Source: Gammaproteobacteria bacterium (GTDB taxonomy: Bacteria; Pseudomonadota; Gammaproteobacteria; Ga0077536). From it: DNA of 64,000 bases. Made by a program: the position numbers and the translations under genes. The notes under the pieces were generated by a model. It was not told where the DNA came from and searched no databases. It saw only the letters and a list, made by a program, of their open reading frames with translations. Where the stretch lies: positions 3,747 to 67,746 of the forward strand of contig JACQWY010000025.1 in assembly GCA_016209015.1 (NCBI GenBank). Reading direction: 5' to 3'. Of the stretch, positions 38,425 through 49,785 are shown piece after piece. Position 1 is the stretch's first letter. Each line of letters starts with the position of its first letter.

Positions 38425-39624
38425 CGTTCGTCGCCCGCCATGAGCCGGCTGTCGAGCCGCGAGAGACCCATGAGCCTGCGCCCGAGCGTGCGCTTGACGC
38501 CCGGCAGCAGATCGAGCGCGAGCATGAACGCATTGCGGCCGCCGACGAGCGGCGCGAAATCGCTCTTGAAGACGCGCGCCAGGGAATCGGAGAACAGCAC
38601 CACCGAGCGCTGCTGCGCGCGGCGGCGCTTCGCATAAGCGTCGAGCAGCGCAGGCGCGCCGGGGTCCGCACCCGCGGCGTGCGCGTCGGCGATCATTTCG
38701 GCGAGCACCGCGACGTCGCGCAAACCGAGGTTCAGACCCTGCGCGCCATTCGGATGGATCGCGTTCGCGGCATTGCCGGCGAGCACGGTGCGTGGTGCGA
38801 CGACGCGCTCCGCGCGCACGAGCCCGAGCGGGAACGCGCCGCGCACACCGAGCTTCGAAAAGCGGCCGAGCCGGTTGCCGAAGCGCTCCTGGAGATACTC
38901 GAGATACGCGGCATCGTCGTGCGCCCGCACCGCCTCGGCGTCCGCCGTCTTCACCGTGCAGACCGTCACGACGCGACGATCCGCGAGCGGCAGGATGGCG
39001 ATCGGGCCGTCGGGCGTGAAGCGTTCGAAAGCCGTTGCGGCCGCGGGCCGGGAGACGTCGAGGTTCGCGACGATCGCGGTCTGGCCGTAATCGCGCCGCG
39101 TCGTGCCGATGCCGCTCGACTCGCGCACCGGCGAGCTCGCGCCGTCGGCGCCGACGAGCAGCTTCGCGCGCAGCGTCGCGGCACCCGCCGGCCCGGCGAC
39201 GTCGACGCTCACGCCTTCGTCATCGGGTCGCACGGCACCGACGCGCGTCGACCAGTGCAGCGTCGCGGACGTCGTGAGGAGCGCCGACTCGAGCGCGGTC
39301 GCGAGACGATCGGCCGGGCAGACATGGCCGAGCTCCGGCACGCCGAGCTCGTCGGCGGCGAAGCGCGTGAAACCGAAATGGCCGCGATCGCTGACGTGAA
39401 CGTGGCGGATCGGCGCGGCATAGGGGACGAGATCGCGCCAGATCCCGAGATGCGCGAGCAGGCGGCGCGAGGACGGCACCATCACGAGGCCGCGTGCATC
39501 CGTGCTGCCGCCGGGCGGCAGCGGACCGCGCGCGTCGAGGAGTCCGACTTTCAGGCCGGACTCGCAGAGCGCGAGCGCGAGCGCGGTGCCGGAGAAGCCG
39601 GCGCCCGCGATCAGCACGTCGAGC

Positions 39625-39635
<11 letters not shown>
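38421..39635 (-). CDS. ubiH: 2-octaprenyl-6-methoxyphenol hydroxylase-like FAD monooxygenase
   Basis: An FAD-binding N-terminus (IAGAGFSGTALA) and a 4-nt overlap with ubiI. It lies directly downstream of pepP. Confidence 0.7.
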
Positions 39636-40944
<1,309 letters not shown>

Positions 40945-40960
40945 GGGCTCCCCGGCGTTC

Positions 40961-41527
40961 TCAGTGCAGGCTTTCGTTGCCGCGCTCGGCATCGACGGCG
41001 AAGCGCGTTTCTTCCCGCAGCAGCATGGTGCCCATGCGGGCGTATTCCACGATCTCGAAGAACGAATTCTCCGCGACCTCGGCGGCGTGCTCGCGATTGT
41101 CGACCTGGCTGATGCGGCCGAGATCGGCGAGGAACTCGCGGCTGTCGCGCGAGAGCTGCGTCATGTCGGGGCGCGTCAGGCCGAAGCCCGACAGGAAGCC
41201 GCGACACCAGCCGCCGAGCGCCGCGGTGCGCAGCGACAGCGGCCGCTCGTCCGCGGGCAGCAGCAGATTGAAAGAGAAGTCGTCCGTGTTCATCGCGGTG
41301 AGCGTGTCGCGGGCGAGCTCGGCGAGCGCTTCGGCAGGCAGGGAGTCCGGCGCGACCGGCGTCTCGGGATAACCCGTCACGTGCCGCAGCCAGAGGTCCG
41401 CGTCGAAATGCAGCGGGCTGCAGAGCATGCCGCACAACATGCCGTGACACTCCGCGGGTTCGATGTCGCTCTCGAGTCGCCGCAGGGCGTCGTCCACGGA
41501 TTCGTACATCGACTCGCGGTCAGTCAT
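40961..41527 (-). CDS. ygfB: YgfB/UPF0149 family protein
   Basis: A family-typical sequence in the conserved position upstream of pepP; 188 aa. Confidence 0.7.
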   Translation of the reverse strand: MTDRESMYESVDDALRRLESDIEPAECHGMLCGMLCSPLHFDADLWLRHVTGYPETPVAPDSLPAEALAELARDTLTAMNTDDFSFNLLLPADERPLSLRTAALGGWCRGFLSGFGLTRPDMTQLSRDSREFLADLGRISQVDNREHAAEVAENSFFEIVEYARMGTMLLREETRFAVDAERGNESLH

Positions 41528-41647
41528 GGCTCGGGTCCACACACGTTCGGGGCCGGATTATCCCATGGTCAAGGCGCCATCTGAAGCATGCGCGGCAGGC
41601 GCCGAATTGCGCTTCCGGGCGCATGGCGCAGGCTGTCGGGCTCGCGG

Positions 41648-41676
41648 TTGACCGTGACAGGGGGCGGCTCTATATT
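41648..41676 (+). promoter_or_regulatory. Candidate sigma-70 promoter for the operon of the small coiled-coil gene, zapA and ssrS
   Basis: TTGACC, a 17-nt spacer, then TATATT, about 45 nt upstream of the ATG at 41723. Confidence 0.35.
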
Positions 41677-41722
41677 GCGTCTTACCTTGATCACACAAGG
41701 GCGGCAATCAAGCCGTCGAGAG

Positions 41723-41944
41723 ATGACCCCCGACACCAAAGAAAAGCTCGAGCTCGCAGCGCTTGAAGCCCGGGTCGACGAACTGATCCGCACCATCGAC
41801 AATCTCGCCCACGAGAACGAGGCACTGCGCAGTCAGCAGGCCGTGCTCGCCGCGGAACGGGCGACCTTGATCGACAAGACGGAGCAGGCTCGCAGCCGGG
41901 TCGAGGCCATGATTGCACGGCTCAAGGCCATGGAAACGCGCTGA
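41723..41944 (+). CDS. Small coiled-coil protein (73 aa) preceding zapA
   Basis: A heptad-rich sequence (LELAALEARVDELIRTIDNLAHENEALRSQQAVL...). It occupies the same position as the conserved small gene upstream of zapA in Pseudomonas-type loci. Confidence 0.55.
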   Translation: MTPDTKEKLELAALEARVDELIRTIDNLAHENEALRSQQAVLAAERATLIDKTEQARSRVEAMIARLKAMETR

Positions 41945-41957
41945 GGAATCGATTCGA

Positions 41958-42299
41958 ATGAATGCGTCGGTCAAGCCGATCACCGTGACGATCATGGATA
42001 AGGAGTACGTCGTCGGCTGCGCCGAGGACGAGCGCGAAGCCCTGTTCGCGTCCGTCGAGCTCCTGAACTCCAAGCTGCGCGAGCAGCGCGACAGCGGCAA
42101 GGTCATCGGCACCGAGCGCGTCGCGGTGATGGCCGCGCTCAACATCGCGCACGAATACCTCGTCTACCGCCGTCGTCACGAATCGATGTCGAGCGATCTC
42201 GGTGAAGGCATCGAACGGATCCAGAACAAAGTCAAGACGGCATTGTCGCGTGGTCAGTCAGCGTTCGACTTATCGACCGCCACGCACGGGACAAGTTAG
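41958..42299 (+). CDS. zapA: Cell division protein ZapA
   Basis: MNASVKPITVTIMDKEYVVGCAEDEREALFASVELLNSKLRE... is a ZapA-family protein of 113 aa. Confidence 0.75.
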   Translation: MNASVKPITVTIMDKEYVVGCAEDEREALFASVELLNSKLREQRDSGKVIGTERVAVMAALNIAHEYLVYRRRHESMSSDLGEGIERIQNKVKTALSRGQSAFDLSTATHGTS

Positions 42300-42309
42300 A
42301 ATTCGTTCC

Positions 42310-42500
42310 GGTGTTCTCTGCGGTGCTCGCCAGCAAGCCCGAAATCCCTTGAGCCTATAAATTACCTCACAGGAGCCGATCTGGCGGCGATGTTGTGCAC
42401 GTCCGCGGCAACGCGGGAAGCCTGATTCGCACCGAGAGGTTCCGCTCTTGAGCCTCTGGTTCAAGATTACGGCAAGCAGCGGCATCAGCGGAGAACACCT
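42310..42500 (+). ncRNA. ssrS: 6S RNA
   Basis: Immediately downstream of zapA, as in E. coli. It aligns to E. coli 6S: ttctctgcggtgctcgccagcaagcccgaaatcccttgagcctataaattacctcac matches UUCUCUGAGAUGUUCGCAAGCGGGCCAGUCCCCUGAGCCGAUAUUUCAUACCAC, and the 3' arm ggttcaagattacggcaagcagcggcatcagcggagaa matches GGUUCAAGGGUUACAGCCUGCGGCGGCAUCUCGGAGA. Confidence 0.7.
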
Positions 42501-42617
42501 CCTCTCCCTTACTCCCACACGCGACGCGCCCGGTGAACCGGAATGCGGCGCGGCGCGTATGCTCGGCGTCATGTCCGTCCATCAGACAACGAGCGTCCCG
42601 ACCGCGGAGCCGCGCGC

Positions 42618-44060
42618 GTGGTGACGCTCGTCTGGTTCCGGCGCGATCTGCGGCTCGCGGACAATCCCGCACTCGTCCATGCGCTCGCCGCCGGCCGCCC
42701 GATCGTCCCCTGCTTCATTCTCGACGATGCGGATGCGGGCGACCGCGCACCGGGCGGCGCGTCGCGCTGGTGGCTCGACGGTTCGCTGGCCGCACTCGCC
42801 CGCGATCTCGCCGCGCGCGGCAGCCGGCTCGTGCTGAAGCGCGGCCCCGCGGAACGCGTGCTCGACGCGTTGATCGCCGAGACCGGCGCGAGCGCGGTCG
42901 TCTGGAACCGCCGCTACGAGCCGTGGGCACGCGCCCGTGACGAGCGCGTGACATCACGGCTCGAAGCGCGCGGGATCGAGGCGACGAGCTGCAATGCGGC
43001 GCTCCTGCGCGAGCCCTGGATGCTCGCGACGCGGCAGGGCGAACCGTACCGCATCTTCACGCCGTTCCGGACAGCGCTGCGCGCGCGCTTCGAACCGACG
43101 CCGCCTATGCCCGCGCCCGATCGCCTGCCGGCGCCGCGCCGCTGGCCCGCGAGCGAGACGCTCGCGAGCTTGTGCCTGCTGCCGGACAAACCCGATTGGG
43201 CTGGGGGTTTGCGCGCGGCCTGGAGCCCGGGTGAAACCGGCGCCCGCGCGCGGCTCGACGCGTTCCTCGATGGCGCACTCCTCGATTACCGCGAGCGCCG
43301 CGACCTGCCGGGCACGCGCGGCACCTCGCGCCTCTCGCCGCATCTGCATTTCGGCGAGATCGGACCGAAGCAGATCTGGCATGCGGTGAAGACGCACGCG
43401 CTCGCCGAGACCGGCGACACCGATCCGCCGGGCGCGGCGACGTTCCTCTCCGAGATCGCCTGGCGCGAATTCTCCTATCACCTGCTCCATCACTTCCCGG
43501 CACTGCCCGACGTGCCGCTGCGCGCCGGGTTCGAGGCGTTCCCGTGGCGCGAGGACGGCGCGGGCGAGCGCGCCTGGCAGCGCGGGCTCACCGGCTATCC
43601 GATCGTCGACGCAGGGATGCGCGAATTGTGGGCGACGGGCTGGATGCACAACCGCGTGCGCATGATCGTCGCGTCTTTCCTCGTGAAGGATCTGCTCGTG
43701 CCCTGGCAGCGCGGCGAGCGCTGGTTCTGGGACACGCTCGTCGATGCGGATCTCGCGTCGAACGCCGCGAGCTGGCAGTGGGTCGCGGGTTGCGGTGCCG
43801 ATGCCGCACCTTACTTCCGGATCTTCAATCCGGCGCTGCAGGGCGCGAAATTCGATCCGCGCGGCGAGTACGTGCGGCGCTGGGTGCCCGAGCTCGCGAA
43901 GCTCCGCGACGCGCAGATCCACGCGCCCTGGGAGGCGCAGCCGATCGAGCTCGCGGAGGCGGGAATCACGTTGGGGCGGACCTATCCGCAGCGCATCGTC
44001 GATCACCGGCTCGCGCGTCAGCGCGCGCTCGACGCGTTCGCGAAGCTCGGCAAGACCTGA
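42618..44060 (+). CDS. phrB: Deoxyribodipyrimidine (CPD) photolyase
   Basis: The N-terminus LVWFRRDLRLADNPAL and a C-terminal FAD-binding domain (WREFSYHLL...NRVRMIVASFLVKDL...WQWVAG). A GTG start at 42618 is proposed; the ATG at 42543 is an alternative. Confidence 0.75.
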   Translation: MVTLVWFRRDLRLADNPALVHALAAGRPIVPCFILDDADAGDRAPGGASRWWLDGSLAALARDLAARGSRLVLKRGPAERVLDALIAETGASAVVWNRRYEPWARARDERVTSRLEARGIEATSCNAALLREPWMLATRQGEPYRIFTPFRTALRARFEPTPPMPAPDRLPAPRRWPASETLASLCLLPDKPDWAGGLRAAWSPGETGARARLDAFLDGALLDYRERRDLPGTRGTSRLSPHLHFGEIGPKQIWHAVKTHALAETGDTDPPGAATFLSEIAWREFSYHLLHHFPALPDVPLRAGFEAFPWREDGAGERAWQRGLTGYPIVDAGMRELWATGWMHNRVRMIVASFLVKDLLVPWQRGERWFWDTLVDADLASNAASWQWVAGCGADAAPYFRIFNPALQGAKFDPRGEYVRRWVPELAKLRDAQIHAPWEAQPIELAEAGITLGRTYPQRIVDHRLARQRALDAFAKLGKT

Positions 44061-44195
44061 ATGCCCGGCATGGGCCAGGTGTTCATGCCGGCCGGCCCGC
44101 CGGTCGCCGTGCCGCTGCCGCTGCCCGCGCTGCTGCTCGGCTCCGGCTTCGCGGGCCTCGTCTTCCCACGCCGGAGTTGAGGCCCGCGGAGTGCC

Positions 44196-45845
44196 TCAGG
44201 ACGCGGCGGCCGCGACCCGCGTCGAGGAGAACTCGAAGCCCTCGTAGCCCCGCTCGACGACCGACTCGCAGATCCGGCGGTAGGTGCCGACGCCGCCGGC
44301 GTACGGCGTGAAGGCGCGCACTTTGCCTGCGATGTTCGTGCCCGTGTACCAGGAGTCGGTATGCGGATACAGCGTGCCGTGGCCGACTTCGTGAACCGTC
44401 TGACCCCAGGCCCGCTCGGCGTCGCGGGAGGGCTCGACGCTGTCGTAACCCTTCCGCTGCATGTGCTCGAGACAGCCGGCGATCCAGTCGACGTGCTGCT
44501 CGATCGACATCAGCATATTGCTCAACACGCTCGGGCTGCCGGGGCCGGTGATCATGAAGAAATTCGGAAAGCCGACAGACTGGATGCCGAGATAGGTGTG
44601 CGGACCGTCCGCCCACTTCGCGTTCAGCGATTCGCCGCCGCGGCCCACGATGCCGAGTTTGAGCAGGGGGCCCGTGATCGCGTCGAAACCGGTCGCGAAG
44701 ATCAGCACGTCGAGCGGGTACTCCGCGTCGCGCGTCTTCACGCCGGCGGCGGTGATGCGCTCGATCGGCGCGCTGCGGATGTCGACGAGCGTGACGTTGT
44801 CGCGGTTGAACGTCTCGTAGTAGCCGGTGTCGACGCACAGGCGTTTCGTGCCGAGCGGGTGATCGTTCGGCGTCAGCAGCTTCGCGACTTCCGGATCCTT
44901 CACGACCTGCCTGATCTTGCGCTCGACGAATTCGGCGGCCGTCCGGTTCGATTCGAGATCCGTCAGGAGATCGGGATAAGCCATCACGAAATTGAAACCG
45001 CCCTCGGCCCAGGCCGCCTCGTAATCGCGTTCGCGCTCCTCCGGCGGGACGAGCTTCGCCTGCTTGCCGTTCGGCGTGAACGGGATGCCGATCTGCGCGT
45101 AGCGCGAGCGCTCGCGCCACGCGCCGTAGTTCGCCTTGAGCGCGCTGACCGCGGCCCGATCGAGCGGCCCGTTCCAGGCCGGGATGCTGTAGTTCGGCGT
45201 GCGCTGGAAGACGTGCAGATGCCCGGCTTCCTTCGCCACCGCGATCGTCGACTGCACGCCCGAGGATCCCGTGCCGACGATGCCGACGCGCTTGCCGCGG
45301 AAGTCGACCGCGCGATGCGGCCAGCGGCCGGTGTGATACCACTCGCCCTGGAAGTCCTCGAGGCCCGGATAGTCCGGCAGCACGGAGGCCGACAGACAAC
45401 CCACGGCGCCGATGCAGAAACGTGCCGCGACTTCCTCGCCGCGATCGGTCGTCACGCGCCACAGTCGCGACGCGTCGTCGTAGTGCACGCTGATGACGCT
45501 CGTCTCGAACTGGATGTCGCGACGCAGATCGAAGCGGTCGGCGACGTGATTCGCATAGGCGAGGATTTCGCTCTGCGGCGCGTAGCGCTCCGTCCACTCC
45601 CACTCCTGCTCGAGCGCGCCGTCGAAGGAATAGGAGTAGGTCACGCTCTCGGTGTCGCAGCGCGCGCCGGGATAGCGGTTCCAGTACCAGGTGCCGCCGA
45701 CACCGTCGCCGCGCTCGTAGACACGTGCGCTCAATCCCAGCCTGCGCAGGCGATGGAGCATGTACATGCCGGCGAAACCGGCGCCGATGACGACCGCGTC
45801 GAGCGCGACGCGGTGGGAGGATGGAGCTCGATTCATCGATGACAT
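44196..45845 (-). CDS. Type I Baeyer-Villiger (flavin-containing) monooxygenase, 549 aa
   Basis: Two Rossmann motifs (VIGAGFAG, VGIVGTGSSG) and the BVMO fingerprint FQGEWYHTGRWP. Confidence 0.8.
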   Translation of the reverse strand: MSSMNRAPSSHRVALDAVVIGAGFAGMYMLHRLRRLGLSARVYERGDGVGGTWYWNRYPGARCDTESVTYSYSFDGALEQEWEWTERYAPQSEILAYANHVADRFDLRRDIQFETSVISVHYDDASRLWRVTTDRGEEVAARFCIGAVGCLSASVLPDYPGLEDFQGEWYHTGRWPHRAVDFRGKRVGIVGTGSSGVQSTIAVAKEAGHLHVFQRTPNYSIPAWNGPLDRAAVSALKANYGAWRERSRYAQIGIPFTPNGKQAKLVPPEERERDYEAAWAEGGFNFVMAYPDLLTDLESNRTAAEFVERKIRQVVKDPEVAKLLTPNDHPLGTKRLCVDTGYYETFNRDNVTLVDIRSAPIERITAAGVKTRDAEYPLDVLIFATGFDAITGPLLKLGIVGRGGESLNAKWADGPHTYLGIQSVGFPNFFMITGPGSPSVLSNMLMSIEQHVDWIAGCLEHMQRKGYDSVEPSRDAERAWGQTVHEVGHGTLYPHTDSWYTGTNIAGKVRAFTPYAGGVGTYRRICESVVERGYEGFEFSSTRVAAAAS

Positions 45846-45873
45846 ATTTGGGCTTTCCTGCTGATTACGGGAC

Positions 45874-46248
45874 TCAGGCGCGGCGCGGACGTTGCACGTC
45901 CTTCGCCTGTACCGCGGGCACGATTTCCTCGTAGACCGGCGCGTTCAAAGTGCTCATGTCCATCGCGTCGATCATCACCATGTCCGCGGTGCCGGCGCGC
46001 GCGACGATCTCGTTCAGCGACGCCGCGAGATCGTCGGTCTCGATTTCGTAGAGCGCGAGGTAGCGATGCGTCGGTTCCTGCGTATTGAACGGGAACTGCG
46101 ATTTCGCGAGCCGGAAGCGGCGGCCGGAGACGAAGCCGGGCACGTTCAGGACGTCGGGCACGTGGTGCTCGTCGTACCAGGCGTTGAACTCCGCTTCCTT
46201 GTCCGGGGACGTGGGATTCGTGAAGGCCAGGAAGGTGTACTTGGGCAT
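45874..46248 (-). CDS. Small hypothetical protein (124 aa)
   Basis: MPKYTFLAFTNPTSPDKEAEFNAWYDEHH... has a non-repetitive composition. The start was trimmed from the 172-aa ORF. Confidence 0.4.
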   Translation of the reverse strand: MPKYTFLAFTNPTSPDKEAEFNAWYDEHHVPDVLNVPGFVSGRRFRLAKSQFPFNTQEPTHRYLALYEIETDDLAASLNEIVARAGTADMVMIDAMDMSTLNAPVYEEIVPAVQAKDVQRPRRA

Positions 46249-46474
46249 GGCAGACTCTCCTGCGGGGTGATGACATCGGAATGCGCCTGCAGCATGCCAT
46301 GCGGCGCGGGCGCGTGCATCTGCATCTATCGCCCCCGCGCACACCGCTTCCTTCCCTCGCTCACGCCATGCCCTCACCACGCGCAGGCTCACGGGATCTC
46401 GCCCGAGGCTGGTTCGGGCCGGATATTCCAGGCATTTCGCCCGTGATATTCTTTGCGGCGGGCTCGCAGTCCGA

Positions 46475-47803
46475 TTGCCGTCACTCCCGGAGACCCCGTT
46501 GCCAGACCAGTCCGCTCAGAAGTCCGCGCACGATGCGGACGTGCTCATCATCGGCGGAGGCCCCGCGGGCTCGACGCTCGCCGCGCTGCTCGCCGCGCGC
46601 GGCAAATCCGCAGTGGTGCTCGAGAAGGATCGGCATCCGCGTTTCCACATCGGCGAATCGCTGCTGCCATTCAACGTGCCGTTGTTCGAGCGCCTCGGCG
46701 TACTCGACGAGATCCGGCGCATCGGCATGCCGAAGTTCGGTATCGAATTCGTCTCACCTCATCACGAGCGACCGAGCCTGCTGGAATTCGCCGGCAGCTG
46801 GCACAAGGAGCAGGACTGCGCGTTCCAGGTCCGGCGTTCCGATTTCGATCTCGTCCTGCTTCGGAACGCCTCCGCAAAAGGGGCGCGGGTGTTCGAGGAA
46901 TGCCGCGTCACCGAGGTCGCGTTCCCCACCGGAGGCGGCGTGTGCGCGACGTCCGTCGATACCGATGGCGCGACCCGCGAGTGGCACGCGCGCTTCCTCG
47001 TCGACGCGAGCGGCCGCGATACCTTCATGGCCGGACGCCAAAACCTGAAGCAACGCAACAAGCGTCACGCGAGCGCGGCGATCTTCGGACATTTCACGAG
47101 TGCCGAGCGCCTGCCCGGCCGCGCGGCGGGCAACATCAGTATCTTTTGGTTCGCGAAAGGCTGGTTCTGGTTCATTCCGCTCGCCGACGGCACGACGAGC
47201 ATCGGCGCGGTGTGCCGGCCTGAGACCTTCAAGGCGCGCGAGAGCGACGTGACCGCGTTTCTCATGGAGCTCATCGCGACGTGTCCCGCCTTGGCGGCCC
47301 GCCTGAAGAATGCCGCGCTGACCGGCCCGGCGACGGGCACCGGCAATTATTCCTACGACTGCACGAGCATGGTCGGCGATCGCTATCTCATGGTGGGCGA
47401 TGCCGCCGGCTTCATCGATCCGGTGTTCTCGACGGGCGTCTATCTCGCCATGCACGGCGCGTTCGTGGCCGCCGACGCGGTGACGACCAGCCTCGACCAG
47501 CCGGCGCGCGCGGCGGCGGCGTTGCGCGACTACGAGCGCGATTGCCGCAAGAAGCTGGCGCGATTCTCGTGGTTCATCTATCGCATCACGAGCCCGGCGA
47601 TTCGCGGCCTGTTCATGGCGCCGCGCAATTACCTGCGGGTAGAGGAGGCCGTGCTCGCGCTCTTGTCGGGCGACGTCGATGCACGATCGCCGATCCGCTC
47701 GCGGCTGCTGCTGTTCAAGCTGCTCTACTATTTCGGGACGGGCTTCGACAAGTTGCGCGACGCCCTGCTCCGTCCTTCCGCCGCTCTGCGCGTCCGGAGC
47801 TGA
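46475..47803 (+). CDS. Flavin-dependent halogenase
   Basis: GxGxxG (VLIIGGGPAGS), the halogenase-specific WxWxIP motif (GWFWFIPL) and FxxPxxSxG (FIDPVFSTGV). Confidence 0.75.
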   Translation: MPSLPETPLPDQSAQKSAHDADVLIIGGGPAGSTLAALLAARGKSAVVLEKDRHPRFHIGESLLPFNVPLFERLGVLDEIRRIGMPKFGIEFVSPHHERPSLLEFAGSWHKEQDCAFQVRRSDFDLVLLRNASAKGARVFEECRVTEVAFPTGGGVCATSVDTDGATREWHARFLVDASGRDTFMAGRQNLKQRNKRHASAAIFGHFTSAERLPGRAAGNISIFWFAKGWFWFIPLADGTTSIGAVCRPETFKARESDVTAFLMELIATCPALAARLKNAALTGPATGTGNYSYDCTSMVGDRYLMVGDAAGFIDPVFSTGVYLAMHGAFVAADAVTTSLDQPARAAAALRDYERDCRKKLARFSWFIYRITSPAIRGLFMAPRNYLRVEEAVLALLSGDVDARSPIRSRLLLFKLLYYFGTGFDKLRDALLRPSAALRVRS

Positions 47804-47808
47804 CGGTC

Positions 47809-48654
47809 TTGGGCACGTCCGCCGACAGCCGCGATTCCAGGCGGGCCGGTCCCGCGCACTGCGCGAAGCACGTCGAGACCTCGCCCGCGTGCTCGGCGCA
47901 CGACAGTCACCTCGTCATCATCCCGAGCTACAACTCCGGTCCGAAGCTGCTCGAGACCGTGCGCGAGGCGCGACGTTACTGGGCGCCGGTCTGGGTGGTG
48001 ATCGACGGCAGCACCGACGGCAGCCGTCTCGCGGTCGAAGCGCTCGCGAAAGAGGATCCCGAAATCGCGATCTTCGCCCTCCCGCACAACCAGGGTAAGG
48101 GCGCGGCCATCCTGCACGGCCTGCGCTCCGCCGAAGCGGCGGGCTACAGCCACGTGCTGACCATGGACGGCGACGGCCAGCATCCGGCGAACGCGATCCC
48201 GAACTTCATCGCCGAATCGATCGCGAATCCCGACGCGCTGATCCTCGGCCGCCCGATCTTCGACGCCAGCGCGCCGCGCATCCGCGTGCTCGGGCGCAAG
48301 CTCTCGAACTGGTGGACGCGCGTGGAGACGCTGTGGACCGCGAGCTTCGATTCGCTGTTCGGATTCCGCGTATATCCCGTCGCGGAGCTGCGCCGGGTGC
48401 TCGAGCAGAGCCGCTGGATGCGGCGTTTCGATTTCGACGCGGAGGCGGCCGTGCGTTTGTGCTGGCGCGGTTGCAGACCGATCAGCCTGCCCGCGCCGGT
48501 GCAGTACTTCCTGCCGCATGAGGGCGGCATCTCGCACTTCCGCTACGTGCGCGACAATCTGCTCCTGACCTGGATGCACGTGCGGCTCGTGATGTGCTCG
48601 CTCGTGCGCCTGCCGGCGCTTGCCGCCCGGCGCCTCAAATCATCCCCCCGTTGA
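47809..48654 (+). CDS. Family-2 glycosyltransferase
   Basis: LVIIPSYNSGPKLLETV...LTMDGDGQHP (a DXD-type motif). No in-frame ATG is available, so a TTG start at 47809 is proposed; the start is uncertain. Confidence 0.55.
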   Translation: MGTSADSRDSRRAGPAHCAKHVETSPACSAHDSHLVIIPSYNSGPKLLETVREARRYWAPVWVVIDGSTDGSRLAVEALAKEDPEIAIFALPHNQGKGAAILHGLRSAEAAGYSHVLTMDGDGQHPANAIPNFIAESIANPDALILGRPIFDASAPRIRVLGRKLSNWWTRVETLWTASFDSLFGFRVYPVAELRRVLEQSRWMRRFDFDAEAAVRLCWRGCRPISLPAPVQYFLPHEGGISHFRYVRDNLLLTWMHVRLVMCSLVRLPALAARRLKSSPR

Positions 48655-49354
48655 TCGACACGATCTGGCCGGAGATGTAGGCCGCGCGATCGGAGGCGAG
48701 GAACGCCGCGAGCTCCGCGACCTCCTCCACGGTGCCGGCACGCTTCATGGGCACGAGACGGTCGATGGTCTCCTTGTCGAACGCACCGTCCGCCATCGGC
48801 GTGGCGATGATTCCGGGCGCGATCGCGTTGACGGTGATGCCGCGGCTCGCGAGCTCCAGCGACAAGGCTTTCGTGGCGCCGTGCAGGCCGCTCTTCGCCG
48901 CCGCATAGTTGACCTGCCCGCGATTGCCGACGAGCGCGGCGACAGAGGAGATGTTCAGTATCCGCCCCCAGCGCGTGCCGATCATCGGCATGAGCAGCGG
49001 TTGCGTGACGTTGAAGAAGCCGTTCAGCGTGACGTCGACGACCTGCGACCACTGCGCCGGCCGCATGGCGGGCATCACGGCGTCCGCGTGCAGGCCGGCG
49101 TTGTTGACGACGATCTGGATCGGACCGGACTGCAGGATGACGTCGAGCGCCGACGCCGTCTTCCCGGCATCCGTGACGTCGAACTCGACCGCGCTCGCTG
49201 AACCGCCGGCGGCGCGGATCGCCGCCGCCACCTCTTCGCTCCGCGCGAGATGTCGATTGGCGTGGACGTAGACGTGGGCGCCATCCGCGGCGAGACGCCG
49301 GCACAAAGCCGCGCCGATCGCGCCGCTGCCGCCCGTGACGATCGCTCTCTTCAT
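48635..49354 (-). CDS. 3-oxoacyl-ACP reductase (SDR, FabG-like)
   Basis: TGGSGAIGAAL Rossmann fold and the NISSVAAL...YAAAK catalytic motif; 239 aa. The start was trimmed from the 418-aa ORF. Confidence 0.8.
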   Translation of the reverse strand: MKRAIVTGGSGAIGAALCRRLAADGAHVYVHANRHLARSEEVAAAIRAAGGSASAVEFDVTDAGKTASALDVILQSGPIQIVVNNAGLHADAVMPAMRPAQWSQVVDVTLNGFFNVTQPLLMPMIGTRWGRILNISSVAALVGNRGQVNYAAAKSGLHGATKALSLELASRGITVNAIAPGIIATPMADGAFDKETIDRLVPMKRAGTVEEVAELAAFLASDRAAYISGQIVSINGGMI

Positions 49355-49785
49355 GGGTTGCCTCCATCGAGAACCACCGCGGCCCGGCCGTGCAGCACGG
49401 ACCGTCCGGCGGCGCGCACTTCGAATCGGTAAATCATGCGGTCGGCTTCGCCCGCGAGACACTCCGCGACGATCACCAGCTCGCCCTCCAGATCGTCGAG
49501 ACGCGGGACCTCGAACACCACCGCGCGCAGGCTCGCGAGATAACCGACCCGCGGTTGCGCGCCGACGGCGGCGATCAGACCGCCGTGGACGGCCATGGCC
49601 TGGGCAGCGTATTCGACGCCACAGGCCGCGCCGAGCCAGCCGTCCTCGACCAAGGGGTTCGCCGGATCGCGGTGACTCGTCGCGATGCAGTGAATCGTGC
49701 GCTGGTCCCAGGCGGTCACGCGATCGAGCAGACACATCCGGTCCGCGTGCGGGATCAATGCTGAAATCGCGGCACGATCGATCAT
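49351..49785 (-). CDS. Hotdog-fold 3-hydroxyacyl-ACP dehydratase-like protein (APE-type)
   Basis: 144 aa, with 4-nt overlaps on both sides. Confidence 0.55.
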   Translation of the reverse strand: MIDRAAISALIPHADRMCLLDRVTAWDQRTIHCIATSHRDPANPLVEDGWLGAACGVEYAAQAMAVHGGLIAAVGAQPRVGYLASLRAVVFEVPRLDDLEGELVIVAECLAGEADRMIYRFEVRAAGRSVLHGRAAVVLDGGNP

